Positions 37,491-48,967 are shown, counted from the stretch's first letter. The stretch is 64,000 bases of DNA from Callorhinchus milii (GCF_018977255.1 NW_024704743.1:2358001-2422000); one strand, 5' to 3'. The notes: generated by a model not told the origin, from the letters alone. Translations and numbers: made by a program.

Positions 37491-39294
37491 TTTTCTTTTT
37501 ATTTGGCAGAGAGATTCGGACGAAAGAAAAATTGTTCAATTGATTTGTTTTAGCAGTGCGGAGGGAACATAATGAAACAGAGCGAAGACTGAAGGTAAGC
37601 GATGAGACATCACCCAGACATCCAGAAAAAAAGGAGAGAGTAAAATAAACAACAGGGGAATTAATTGTTGAAAGTGGGAAAATAACATGAGCTCCCTTTC
37701 AAACAGTGAAATTGTCCAAAAACAACTGATCGTGATTTTGTGACCGATTCTCAACTCATTGTTGTTACTGCCTGTTTGCTCAGCGATTGCAGGAGTCTGT
37801 AAAAGCAAAGACTTTCAGAAGCCTTCTTGCGCAATCCCCTTCTTTCCCCCCCCCCCAAGTCATCTTCACACGACAAGGTCAGTTTCTAGAATAAAATACC
37901 ATGAATCAGGTAGTCACTAAGCCAAGATGAAAGTTAAATAAAAAGCTCTTTAAATGGCATTTATAAATAAGACAAACAGTGACCCTGGGGAAATAAAAGG
38001 CACGTACTGAAATCCATTTCAATGACAGTTTCAAGAAAGCAGCTTTTATGTATTGCTGAGCCTATCCTGGCTGTGTCTTTTTGATTGGATTGTTTACTTA
38101 AAAATGCAAGCTATGTCCACAGTCTGCCCTCCTAAAGCAGCCCTTTGATTTTAGTGAATTAAATCCCGAACTAACAAATTGCTCCACACCTTTGTCAGAG
38201 CAGGAAAGGCAAAGGGTCTGTATTTTCTCACAAGAACATACAAGCCTCATAAATGTGCTGGGGCTTCCTACTTATAAGCCTGGGCTGGTGTTGACTTAGA
38301 CGCTTCTTTGACTGACAGTGTACATCAGTGGTTTGTTACTTCTGCCATCTGTGTTACAGAGTGCACCTTAAATCAGATCAAAGTTGAAGGCTTTCGAAAA
38401 GATACACAAACCCGAATGTGACAAATAGCATGCCTCGCTCTGACACCACAAACAAAAAATAATTACTTTCAGTGACCCAGGTGAAGAATTTTAAGATCCT
38501 GTGATTTTTAAAGTTGTCTCCTACCCACACCCTCGAATGCGACTGACAAGTTTTATTCAGGTTTATGAAATGAATACCTCAACAACATTTTTTTTTGATT
38601 ATGTACATACTCGACGCACGTCAAAGGACTTTTTCTTTTCGCGGAGGGGGAGAGGGGAACCCATTGTGTGGAATCCAACGTTTCACGTTAACGGTATAAT
38701 TTTTCCCACGAATCTGATAGGTTTTTGGTGATGGTAACTCAGGAAGGTTTTGCAGTTCGTTGCCAAAACTGGCTGTCGAGGCTGGATCTGGATCAATGGA
38801 ATCATTCAAAAGGGAACCGGATAAACACCCAGTCAGTGGGAAAAAAAACATTTGGAGATATTGGGAAAGAGCTGAAGAATAGGATTCATTAAAAAAAAGG
38901 TTGATTCAGAATCTATTTACCGTGGTCACAGGCTCGATGTCAAACTCCTGAAAAAACACCACTTAAAGCACTGCGAGACACTACCTGCGTGAAGTGCACT
39001 ATATATAAACACAATATATATATAATAATAATAATAACCCTTGCATTTGATTCAGTGCCTTATCACGTTGTCGAGACGTCTCAAAGCGTTTCATACGATA
39101 TATTGTGAGCGAAACGTGGCAGCCAATTGCATCAGAAACCAGTTGAGCAAAAAACACAAAAGCCCTGGTGAACTATCCTATATTCCTCTCTTATTTAAAT
39201 TCACCCAAGCAGACTAATTGGCCGTCCATCTCACTGCTGTTTGAGGACATCGTTGCTGCAGTTTAGCTGTCATGTTTGGCTACGTACATATGTC

Positions 39295-39650
39295 AGTCTG
39301 GCTCAGGTGGTCACACTCCTGCCTCTGAGTCAGAAGGTTGTGGGTTCAAGCCCCGTGTTGGGGACTCGTATAGTCTAAGCTGACACTCCAATGCAGGTGG
39401 ATGTTAAGGATCCTATGGCAGTATTCAAAAACAATAGGGAATTTCTCCCGGTGTCCTGGCAAATAATTCACCACATAATACTGATCACTGATTTCTAGGT
39501 TGTTTGTGGGACATCACTGTGTACAAATGTGCTGCCCCATTCGCCCACAAAACATGTAACCACTGCACTTTGCGGTATATCCTGTGAAGTGCTTCCAGAC
39601 ATCCTCCCAACGTGCAAGGCGCTATCTCAAATGAAAACACGATTCTTATT
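39295..39650 (+). mobile_element. Older Deu-domain-type SINE; related copies at ~30955-31342(+), 44505-44925(+), 47325-47592(+), 29220-29530(-), 33360-33600(-), 35160-35410(-)
   Basis: GCCTCTGAGTCAGAAGGTTGTGGGTTCAAGCCCC head, then GCTGACACTCCAATGCAG and GGATGTTAAGGATCCTATGGCA core. Confidence 0.75.
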
Positions 39651-41379
39651 ACTAATATTACATAACAGGGACTTAAAAATAGCCGGAGTGTAAAGCTCTT
39701 CGCGAAGCTTTCATCACGATCAATATCAAATACAAATTATTTTATTTTGGCATCAGATTCTCTTTCATTCTAGTTGTTGTTTCCCCTCAGTTTCTAAGCA
39801 TCTCATTGCTCAGAGTTGATGTAGTTCTTTGTCGTCATTCCAGGAATCATCCATAGAACAATTGGTTTGCTTTGAATAGGTGTGCTTCACATCTTTACTT
39901 CTGTCAATCAGTTCAGTACGAAGCCACATCAGTACTTCTGTGGTTTATAGCTGTGGATGTTCCCAACATCTAAGGATTGAAGATGAGACGTGATGTGTTC
40001 AGAGAAAGGAACTAAATTCTAACATGATCTTGTCACTTTGAGTGATTTATAGTGTGTGCTGCCAGGAGAACACCCTTCATATCAGATCATCTATCTCAAT
40101 ATTAAAATGCCTCAGTGTTCAGCGCAATGCAAATCAGGCTTTCTGTTAAAGCGCTACGTCACTTGACACTGAAGATTAAGTTGTTTGGAGAGACCTCGTA
40201 TCTGCAAGTAACAGGAGGCTTCATTTTACTGCTGCACTTTGCATTGATGGAAGCGATTCTAGGCAATTCCTTACGCTACCTACAAGCACTAGTGTTTAGC
40301 TTTGAATTAGGAAACACGATCAAAGTTGCATTCACATAGCGCCCTTCACATAGGAATCTGTGTGATGTACTGACTGACGTAACCACCATCGGGTCCAATG
40401 CAGCTGCAAAGGGTTCCTTGCACTACGGGAAAGGGATGTGTGCTCGAGCTGAGGACAGGAAGACAGTGGCAATGCTCTCACCGTTTTCCTGCTGAGATGT
40501 GCTGCCCACCAGGAAGCTGGCAGGGAGGGGAGAGGGCACTCCATTCCAACAATCTACGTCTGCAATTCCCATGTGCAGGTGGGATGCAGGGGATTCTCAG
40601 CCTTGGGTTGGATACTCTTAAGCAACGGTGATGGGTTTCTGCATGTGTCAGACACCCGGCTGAGCAAAAAAAACCAAAACAAATGTAAGGATTATATAGG
40701 TCACAACCATTGTGATGGAGGATTCAACAACAACAACAATAACAACAACAGCTTGCATTTATATAGGATCTTCACCCAGAGTAGGGTCTAGCAACACTGC
40801 ATGTTGAGCTTGCGAGTGCCAAGGCTCATTCTCTTGTTCTCACATAACTATCACCAGCGACAGCCGGCACATCACCACTGTATTGTTCATCTCCAGGAAC
40901 GATACAGCGTCAGGGCCAATTAAACAGGCCATTAAGCCCACCCTGTCCGCATTTGTGCCTTTCTCTATATTAGCCGGCGAGTCTAATCCCGCAATCAGAG
41001 TACGTAATGGCCCGTGTAATAGGCTCTAAAATGATTGAAATAAATGTGCGGTGCTACACTGACATCCTCATAGTTAGGCCAGTGCTTCCTCTTTGAAGCT
41101 TGTCCACTTTGTTCAAGTGCCAGCCATTCTTCTTTCAACTTTGAACGTCGCTTTCAGTGGATCTTCTGTTTTCGTTTCTTCGCCGCTCACTGGTTGAACA
41201 CGCAGTAACCTCTCATGTTGCCTCGCCACGTTCCCTCAGGATGTTCCCGTTTGTACAGGCAGATGTGATGTTTGACAGCTGCTGTCATGTTACTAATTCT
41301 CTGTTTAGGAGGGATCTGAGGCTTATTCTGGGGCCAGGTGTACAGCAATCTTCGCTTTGTAATTTCCTTCCCCGAGTTA

Positions 41380-41830
41380 GCGCCCGTCCGTTCTATTCTC
41401 GCTCAAGACACGGGTCAACTTCAATGATCCTGACCCGCGCTTCCGCAGGCGTCGGACATCCCGGCCGACCTTAAAACCCAATCAAACAAAAGTTGGGTTA
41501 ATTGGGAGCAATCGGGCTGGCCAGGGTCATTGCAGTCGGCCAAGTCTCGGCTCCAAAGAGCACGGTCAAGACGCGGTCAAGACCTGGTCTCGGCTCTTCC
41601 GAGCCGCGACCTGGTCAACTTCAATCGACGGCCGCGCCTGGAGAGCGATCCAGACCCCCGAGCTGAGGATTCCCCGCGACGCGGGAGACACGGAGTCTCT
41701 CCCCCGGAGCGACGCGCAGCCGCTGTCCGCCCGAATCCCACCGGGTATTATGATCAGTGAGTCATCGGGTGAGGATCGGGGAATCGGTCCGTAATCGGTT
41801 GGGGGGGGGCAGCGGAGCCCGTCAAGGACT
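41380..41830. promoter_or_regulatory. CpG-island-like unique sequence upstream of RNF32
   Basis: Locally high GC and dense CG dinucleotides (e.g. CCCGCGACGCGGG, GCGACGCGCAGCCG) in an otherwise AT-rich window. Confidence 0.65.
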
Positions 41831-41865
41831 GGGGGTGATGGGGGTCCAGAGTTTGGTGCGGGGGC

Positions 41866-42595
41866 AATTGCTCATTGTTCCCTGGAGGGGGGGTGGGTGA
41901 ATTGCTCATTGTTCCCGGGAGGGGGGGTGGGTGAATTGCTCATTGTTCCCGGGAGGGGGGGTGGGTGGATTGCTCATTGTTCCCGGGAGGGGGGGTGGGT
42001 GAATTGCTCATTGTTCCCGGGAGGGGGGGTGGGTGAATTGCTCATTGTTCCTGGGAGGGGGGGTGGGTGGATTGCTCATTGTTCCCGGGAGGGGGGGGTG
42101 GGGGTGAATTGCTCAATGTTCCCGGGAGGGGGGGTGGGTGAATTGCTCAATGTTCCCGGGAGGGGGGGGTGGGTGAATTGCTCATTGTTCCCGGGAGGGG
42201 GGGTGGGTGGATTGCTCATTGTTCCCGGGAGGGGGGGTGGGGGTGAATTGCTCAATGTTCCCGGGAGGGGGGGTGGGTGAATTGCTCATTGTTCCTGGGA
42301 GGGGGGGGTGGGTGAATTGCTCATTGTTCCCGGGAGGGGGGGTGGGTGAATTGCTCAATGTTCCCGGGAGGGGGGGTGGGTGAATTGCTCAATGTTCCCG
42401 GGAGGGCGGGTGGGTGAATTGCTCATTGTTCCCGGGAGGGGGGGTGGGTGAATTGCTCATTGTTCCCGGGAGGGGGGGGTGGGTGAATTGCTCATTGTTC
42501 CCGGGAGGGGGGGTGGGTGGATTGCTCATTGTTCCCGGGAGGGGGGGGTGGGTGGATTGCTCATTGTTCCCGGGAGGGGGGGTGGGTGGATTGCT
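41866..42595 (+). repeat. Minisatellite, ~34-bp unit GAATTGCTCATTGTTCCCGGGAGGGGGGGTGGGT, about 21 copies
   Basis: Directly visible, very homogeneous tandem array with variable G-run length. Confidence 0.97.
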
Positions 42596-42599
42596 GGGT

Positions 42600-42678
42600 G
42601 CCGCCCCGTGGCTGTTGCGGGGCTGGGCGGGAGGCGCCAGTTGCCATGGTGACGGCGCTGGCGTCAGGCGGGACTGAG
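42600..42678 (+). other. RNF32: Putative non-coding first exon / core promoter of RNF32 (5' boundary uncertain)
   Basis: Short unique CpG-rich stretch between two tandem repeats. It has GC boxes (CCGCCCC, GGGCGG), an X-box and a donor GAG|GTAAAG at 42678/42679. A matching acceptor TTTCAG| lies at 43675/43676. Confidence 0.6.
42640..42653. promoter_or_regulatory. RFX X-box motif GTTGCCATGGTGAC
   Basis: Near-palindromic match to the RFX consensus GTTGCCATGGCAAC (12/14), located at the inferred RNF32 TSS. Confidence 0.6.
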
Positions 42679-42794
42679 GTAAAGGCCGTCCATGTCGGTG
42701 TTGGAGCTGGAGCCCCCCCCACCCCCCTCTCCCCCCCACCCCGTGTGTTTGTACCCGGGGATTGTACAGGAGGTTTGTGACAGGAAAAGCCAGA

Positions 42795-43622
42795 GAGGGG
42801 GGGGGAGGGGAGGGGAGAGCTTCAACTGTAACCCCGGGGGGGTGAGTGAGGGGAGGGAGGGTCTGAAGGAGGGGGTGAGTGGGGGGGAGGGGTTTGAGGG
42901 GGGAAGGGAGGGGTGAGTGGGGGGGAGTGGGTGGGGAGAGGGTTTGAGGGGGGGTGATTGCGGGGGGTGGGGGGTGAGTGGGTGGGGGTGGGGGAGGGTT
43001 TGGGGGGGGTGATTGCGGGGGTGATTGCGGGGGGGGGTGATTGCGGGGGGTGGGGGGTGATTGCGGGGTGGGGGTGATTGCGGGGGGTGGGGGGGTGATT
43101 GCGGGGGGTGATTGCGGGGGGGGGGGGGGTGATTGCGGGGGTGGGGGGTGAGTGGGTGGGGGTGGGGGAGGGTTTGGGGGGGGTGATTGCGGGGGTGATT
43201 GCGGGGGGGGGGTGATTGCGGGGGGTGGGGGGTGATTGCGGGGTGGGGGTGATTGCGGGGGGGGGGGGTGATTGCGGGGGGTGATTGCGGGGGGGGGTGA
43301 TTGCGGGGGGTGGGGGGTGAGTGGGTGGGGGTGGGGGAGGGTTTGGGGGGGGTGATTGCGGGGATGATTGCGGGGGTGGGGGGTGATTGCGGGGGGTGGG
43401 GGGGTGATTGCGGGGGGTGATTGCGGGGGGGGGGGGTGATTGCGGAGGGTGATTGCGGGGGGGGGGTGATTGCGGGGGGTGGGGGGGTGATTGCGGGGGG
43501 TGATTGCGGGGGGGGGGTGATTGCGGGGGGGGGGGGTGATTGCGGGGGGTGATTGCGGGGGGGGGGTGATTGCGGAGGGTGATTGCGGGGGGGGGGGTGA
43601 TTGCGGGGGGTGATTGCGGGGG
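42795..43622 (+). repeat. G-rich tandem/low-complexity array (G)nTGATTGC(G)n in RNF32 intron 1, G-quadruplex prone
   Basis: Dozens of TGATTGC spacers between G-runs from about 42950, preceded by G-rich low-complexity sequence. A higher-order block GGGTGAGTGGGTGGGGGTGGGGGAGGGTTTGGG recurs three times. Confidence 0.95.
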
Positions 43623-43740
43623 TAGGGGCTGAAATACATTGGGTGATGTTCAGTCAATCATATCTATTATTTCAGATTAACTCTCAGTCACAAGTTCCTT
43701 GGAACATCGATTATTAAAATCACAATTTTTATTTCTCCGG

Positions 43741-43809
43741 ATGGATTTGAAGGGTTCGTTGCCACAGTCATCTCTCCCGGGCACCAGCACCAAAACAGTC
43801 AGGAATAAG
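43741..43809 (+). CDS. RNF32: RNF32 first coding exon part (MDLKGSLPQSSLPGTSTKTVRNK); exon begins at 43676
   Basis: Open 69-nt frame from ATG to a phase-0 donor AAG|GTACGC. It ends in ...RNK, like the recalled human RNF32 first coding segment MLKNK, and the phase fits the next exon. Confidence 0.7.
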
Positions 43810-44954
43810 GTACGCGGGAACCTTTACGCCGATAAGAATTCTTAGGACCTCACGCCAAACGCCGCTGAGACACCCGTCCAGGCTTTTTTTTTGGGGGGGG
43901 GGGTTACCTCCTGCCTTTTCCGCTCCCTAATGCGCTCGGCTTCCGCCATCGAACTCTGCTACCCGTCATTCCACCATTGGCGCCTGTGTGTGTTTGTGTG
44001 AGGATATAATAATAATAATAATAATAATAATCATAATCATGATTTGCCCTTCTGTGACCGCACTCTTTAACCTGTGGCACTCTCTGCCTCTGTCCCTCCA
44101 CCTCACCCCACACGTCCGTAGCTGTCTCTAAAGCCCACCGTCTTTTCGACGGCGCCTATTCGCCCACCGACGTGCGGCCCGTTCACTTTTACGGCGTATT
44201 CTGTGAAATTGTGCGGTCAAAATGCAAGGATTATTATTATTATAATTATTATTATTGCCTATGGTCACCTACACCCACCCCATCTCTCATGCTCTGCATC
44301 CCACTCTGCCGTTGCTCCAAGACATCACCATGAAGGCCACTGTATAAACACAAGTTCCCGATGTTGAGCGAGTCATGAAGCTTATCTGGTACATATAGTT
44401 GGCTTAGATTTATAGAGGGAATTTAATAAATCTTGCATGTAAGGTTTTTAAACCATAAGTTCCAGGAATTAATAATAAATTGACGATAATGTGTTGGCAG
44501 CGCTCTTATCTCCGGAGCAAAACGTTGTGGGTTCAAGCCCCACGATGGCACTTTGAACTCGTATTCCAGGCTAGCATTTTAATCCAGTGCTGGTGGAGTC
44601 CACGTTGTCAGAGGGGTCGTTCTATGGATAAAATATTGTGTCTGCCTGTTCAGGTGGACATGAAAGATCCCATGGCATAATTCAAAAAAAGGAAAGGGAA
44701 TTTCTCTCCAAGTTTCCTGGGCAACAATCCTCCAGATAATTCACTCTCCTTCACTTCATGGCTGTTTGTGGCACATCGTTGCGTGCCAATAAATAAGCTG
44801 CCAACAAATACACAGTCATTGCACTTCATAGAAACTTTATGAAGCACTTTATGATCATATAATATAATATAATAGGACATTCACAATCTTTTAGGTGCTG
44901 TACTAAATGCAAGGATTTTTATTGTTAACTGACTTGATTGAAAAGTGACGTGGT

Positions 44955-45320
44955 GAATTTATTTAGTGAGTAGCTGAGTCATACAGAATGGGAAGATGCC
45001 AGGGTCAAATCTCCTGCCGAGTGGGTAAGTCTGCCGAGTGCAGCCAGGGTGCTAACATTGGTGCTAAACTGCAAGAATTGTCTTATTATTATTATTATTA
45101 TTATTATTATTGAGCACCCAAGACTAGTGAGGGGGAAATTAGCCCGGATTCCTGCACCTGCTCGCTATGCAGCAGCCCTTGCTTTAGATATGCATGTTGA
45201 TAACCCGCTGCAACGAGCCTGCGGAAACGTACTGTCAAACTTGCTCACAAATGGGGAATTAACAAGGGAGAGGTGCTGGGCACTGCTTTGTGCTTGTGGA
45301 ACTCTCGCCCTGTAGAAGGG
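44955..45320 (+). mobile_element. Ancient degenerate SINE, AmnSINE2-like, in RNF32 intron 2
   Basis: GCTGAGTCATACAGA...GGGGGAAATTAGCCCGGATTCCTGCACCTGCTCGCTAT...GTGGAAC resembles the AmnSINE2-type consensus as recalled; not verified by search. Confidence 0.45.
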
Positions 45321-45427
45321 AAAAGGAGTCACATCATCTTCCAAAGAGATGTAAAAAATGGACCTTCCTACATTTTTCATCATGAAATCTCCTTGGCAAC
45401 TCACTGAAAGAAACCCGTGGAGATAAT

Positions 45428-45798
45428 GGAGTCCTGTAGCTCAGTGGTTAGAGCACTCAGTTCGCAAGCAAGAGGACCTGGGTTTGATTACTGGCAGGGC
45501 AAAACTTTGGGCAAGTTGCCTTACTCAACACGTCTCCGTTTACCTAGCAGTAACTAGAATCCCGGTTATTAGTCGGTTGGCAGATCACTTTTCCGGGGAT
45601 AATAACTCCTTCAAAATAAATAAAAATATTTTGGTCACTCAATCCACGACTGTTTGTGGGACAGTGCTATGCGCAATTGGCTGCCGCGTTTTGCCCACAA
45701 AAAATACAGTCAATTAATTTTACAGTATATTCTGTGAAGCGCTTTGAGACGTCTCAAAGCCGTGATAAGGCGCTGTATCAAATGCAAGGATTATTATA
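45428..45798 (+). mobile_element. tRNA-Ala-derived SINE, full length, in an RNF32 intron
   Basis: Head GGAGTCCTGTAGCTCAGTGG through tail; lacks the expanded (CA)n. Confidence 0.92.
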
Positions 45799-46185
45799 AT
45801 CAAAAACTCAGATATTTTTAAGACATACTAATTTGAAAATAATAGAACCAGCTGTTTTATTTATGGGTTGACTGATCGTATCCATCCTGGCTGAATTTTA
45901 AGGCTGACTTCACCTCGCAGCTCCCAGACCTGAAGTTGATTGAGGAAGAAAAACCTTCTCTTAATCAGCTCTCCTGTCCATCAGTCTAGCTCGGCTCTCT
46001 TGTGTTCAGCTGGGACAGGCACTATTCTTTTAATGAGCACTGTAAAATTTGGAGAGAAAATCGTGAAGCTTTAAGAGTATGCCAAAATAAATGGATAACA
46101 ATTTGTTAAGCTTGGCATATATGTGACTTCTCAAATAAAAAAGAATGACTTCTTCTTGCATTCCCGGTGCCATTGTTCCCTCTAG

Positions 46186-46456
46186 CATATTTCCACAAAA
46201 ACAGACACCACAGTCCTCGTTGCTGTAGCTTTGCAAGATCACATTATAAGGAATCTGAAGCTTCAAAACCTTTCATTGTCTAATACCTTCAACAAGAAAC
46301 CACTGGCTAAACGGTATGGTCACAGACCCATGGACAAAAGGTTAGCAAGCTCTGTAGTGGATACCGGGCTGAAAAAGATAAAGCCAAAAAGACAGACTGA
46401 GGAAGATGAGGGAGAAGAGTATGTTCTGGATCCGAAACCCCCACAGCTTTCATTAG
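46186..46456 (+). CDS. RNF32: RNF32 coding exon 2 (HISTKTDTTVLVAVALQDHII...EEYVLDPKPPQLSL)
   Basis: CTAG| acceptor and G|GTAAGT donor. The AVALQDH, DTGLKK and EYVLDPKPP motifs match RNF32. Confidence 0.95.
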
Positions 46457-46969
46457 GTAAGTATTATATTTTCTTGTTCTAGTTTGCAAAATGCTGCGTT
46501 TTAAGCTATTAGATGTCTATGAGCGATAAGTTCATCACGCTGCCGTGTATAGTGACATGGACATCATGTGAAAGTAAAATGTGGCGAGCTGACACTCAGC
46601 CCAGGCTAAAATATGAAGGTCAACCACTTGATGTACCTAAGGACCATCACCATCCTGTGGAACCATACATTGGCCATGAGAGGAGAGCTGGCTTCAAAAA
46701 GGAAGGGTTATGGGTCGAAAACTAGGGTGAAGTAATAGGTTGCGTATTTGTGTTCATCTGATGATCCAGAATGTGTAATTATATCTCCCGCAGCTAATCC
46801 TTGTATGTTATTGCCAAATAGTGAAAGTTGGCACAGAGCCTACCTCGGATTGTGACATGGGGGAATCCCTGGGAGGAATACCTATAGGCGAAACAGCAAT
46901 TTTTAAAATACATTTGTAATTGTTAATGGGAGAAAATAAATAAGGGAGAAAATAAGTATGTGCAATTAA

Positions 46970-47305
<336 letters not shown>

Positions 47306-47653
47306 TGAGTTGTTGGAGATGTATTGGGAGGTGCTGTCCTAAGGTTGAGATGTTGAACCGGGATCCCGTAGGCCTGTTTAGATGGATGTTAACTATACCA
47401 CGGCATTAATTGAAAAATGAAAGGCGTTTCTCATGCTGTTTTGGCCGACAATCCCTCAGATAAAATTGGTCGTTCACTAAGTGGCTGTTGTGGGACTTGT
47501 GTGCGTGAGTTGACTTTTTCGTTTGCCTCCAAAATACACAGTCACTACATTTTGCAAATGACCTGTATCAAATGAAAAGATTATTATTATTATAAAACTA
47601 ATTGCAGTAGAAACTAGTTCATAAAGGCTTTCTTATTTTGTTCCACACACCAG

Positions 47654-47686
47654 GTGTTGCTGTCTTGCTCTCATGTTTTCCACAGG
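47654..47686 (+). CDS. RNF32: RNF32 coding exon 4, 33-nt micro-exon (VLLSCSHVFHR)
   Basis: CCAG| acceptor and AGG|GTAAGT donor. Encodes the C-x-H-x2-H core of RING-H2 #1. Too short for the ORF track. Confidence 0.95.
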
Positions 47687-47859
47687 GTAAGTATAAAAAG
47701 ATTCCCGCTAAATATTATTTTTCAAATGGAATTAAACATGAAGAGTAAGAGGATTTGTGAAGTAAATTTATTGATTTTTTTCGAATAAAATGAAGCCAAA
47801 ATATATTTTAGAAAAAATCTTAAATACTGTAGGGACTCTTTGTAAAATATATGTATTAA

Positions 47860-48216
<357 letters not shown>

Positions 48217-48736
48217 TAATTTGGTCACTCAATCCACGACTGTTTGTGGGACGGGCTGCTGCGTTTCACCCACAAAATGTACAGTCAATTCACTTTACAG
48301 TATATTCTTTGAAGCGCTTTGGGATGTCTTGAAGATCTGACATTGTAAGGCCAATCAATGTCATTTTATTAGTAAATGTATTAAGAGGTGGAGTTCATGG
48401 ACTTAATATTTCTGGACCTCTGCATTTGCTGAATGGATCTGTTTGCTGTAGTTGCTAAACTAGTAAAAAATATATAACTAAATTACTTTTGCATTGCATT
48501 TACTTAGTGAACTGTTGACAGCAGCACTTTAAAATTGGGTCCAATACCTTCAATGCGTGAACAACTGGTCATTGCTGTGCGCAGAATTGGCAACCACAAA
48601 GTATACAGTCACTACACTTCACAGTAAATCCTGCGAAGTGATTTGAGATGCTCTCCTCACTTGAAAGATGCTACATCTAATACAAAAATTGTTATTTTAA
48701 CAAGGTGTGAAACTAATGATCCTGCTTGACCGCTAA

Positions 48737-48967
<231 letters not shown>

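Noticed and set aside
261..41474. The many 60-150 aa ORFs in the upstream region
   Set aside because: They derive from SINE/LINE fragments, microsatellites or chance, and recurring peptides such as [14 protein letters not shown] are SINE-tail translations.
41866..42595. CRISPR-like array
   Set aside because: The units are contiguous with no unique spacers, the context is eukaryotic, and there are no cas genes.
42389..43657. 422-aa proline-rich ORF on the minus strand (and the overlapping 41897-42916 ORFs)
   Set aside because: These are translations of G-rich tandem arrays that lack stop codons in some frames. There is no domain, and they overlap the RNF32 5' region.
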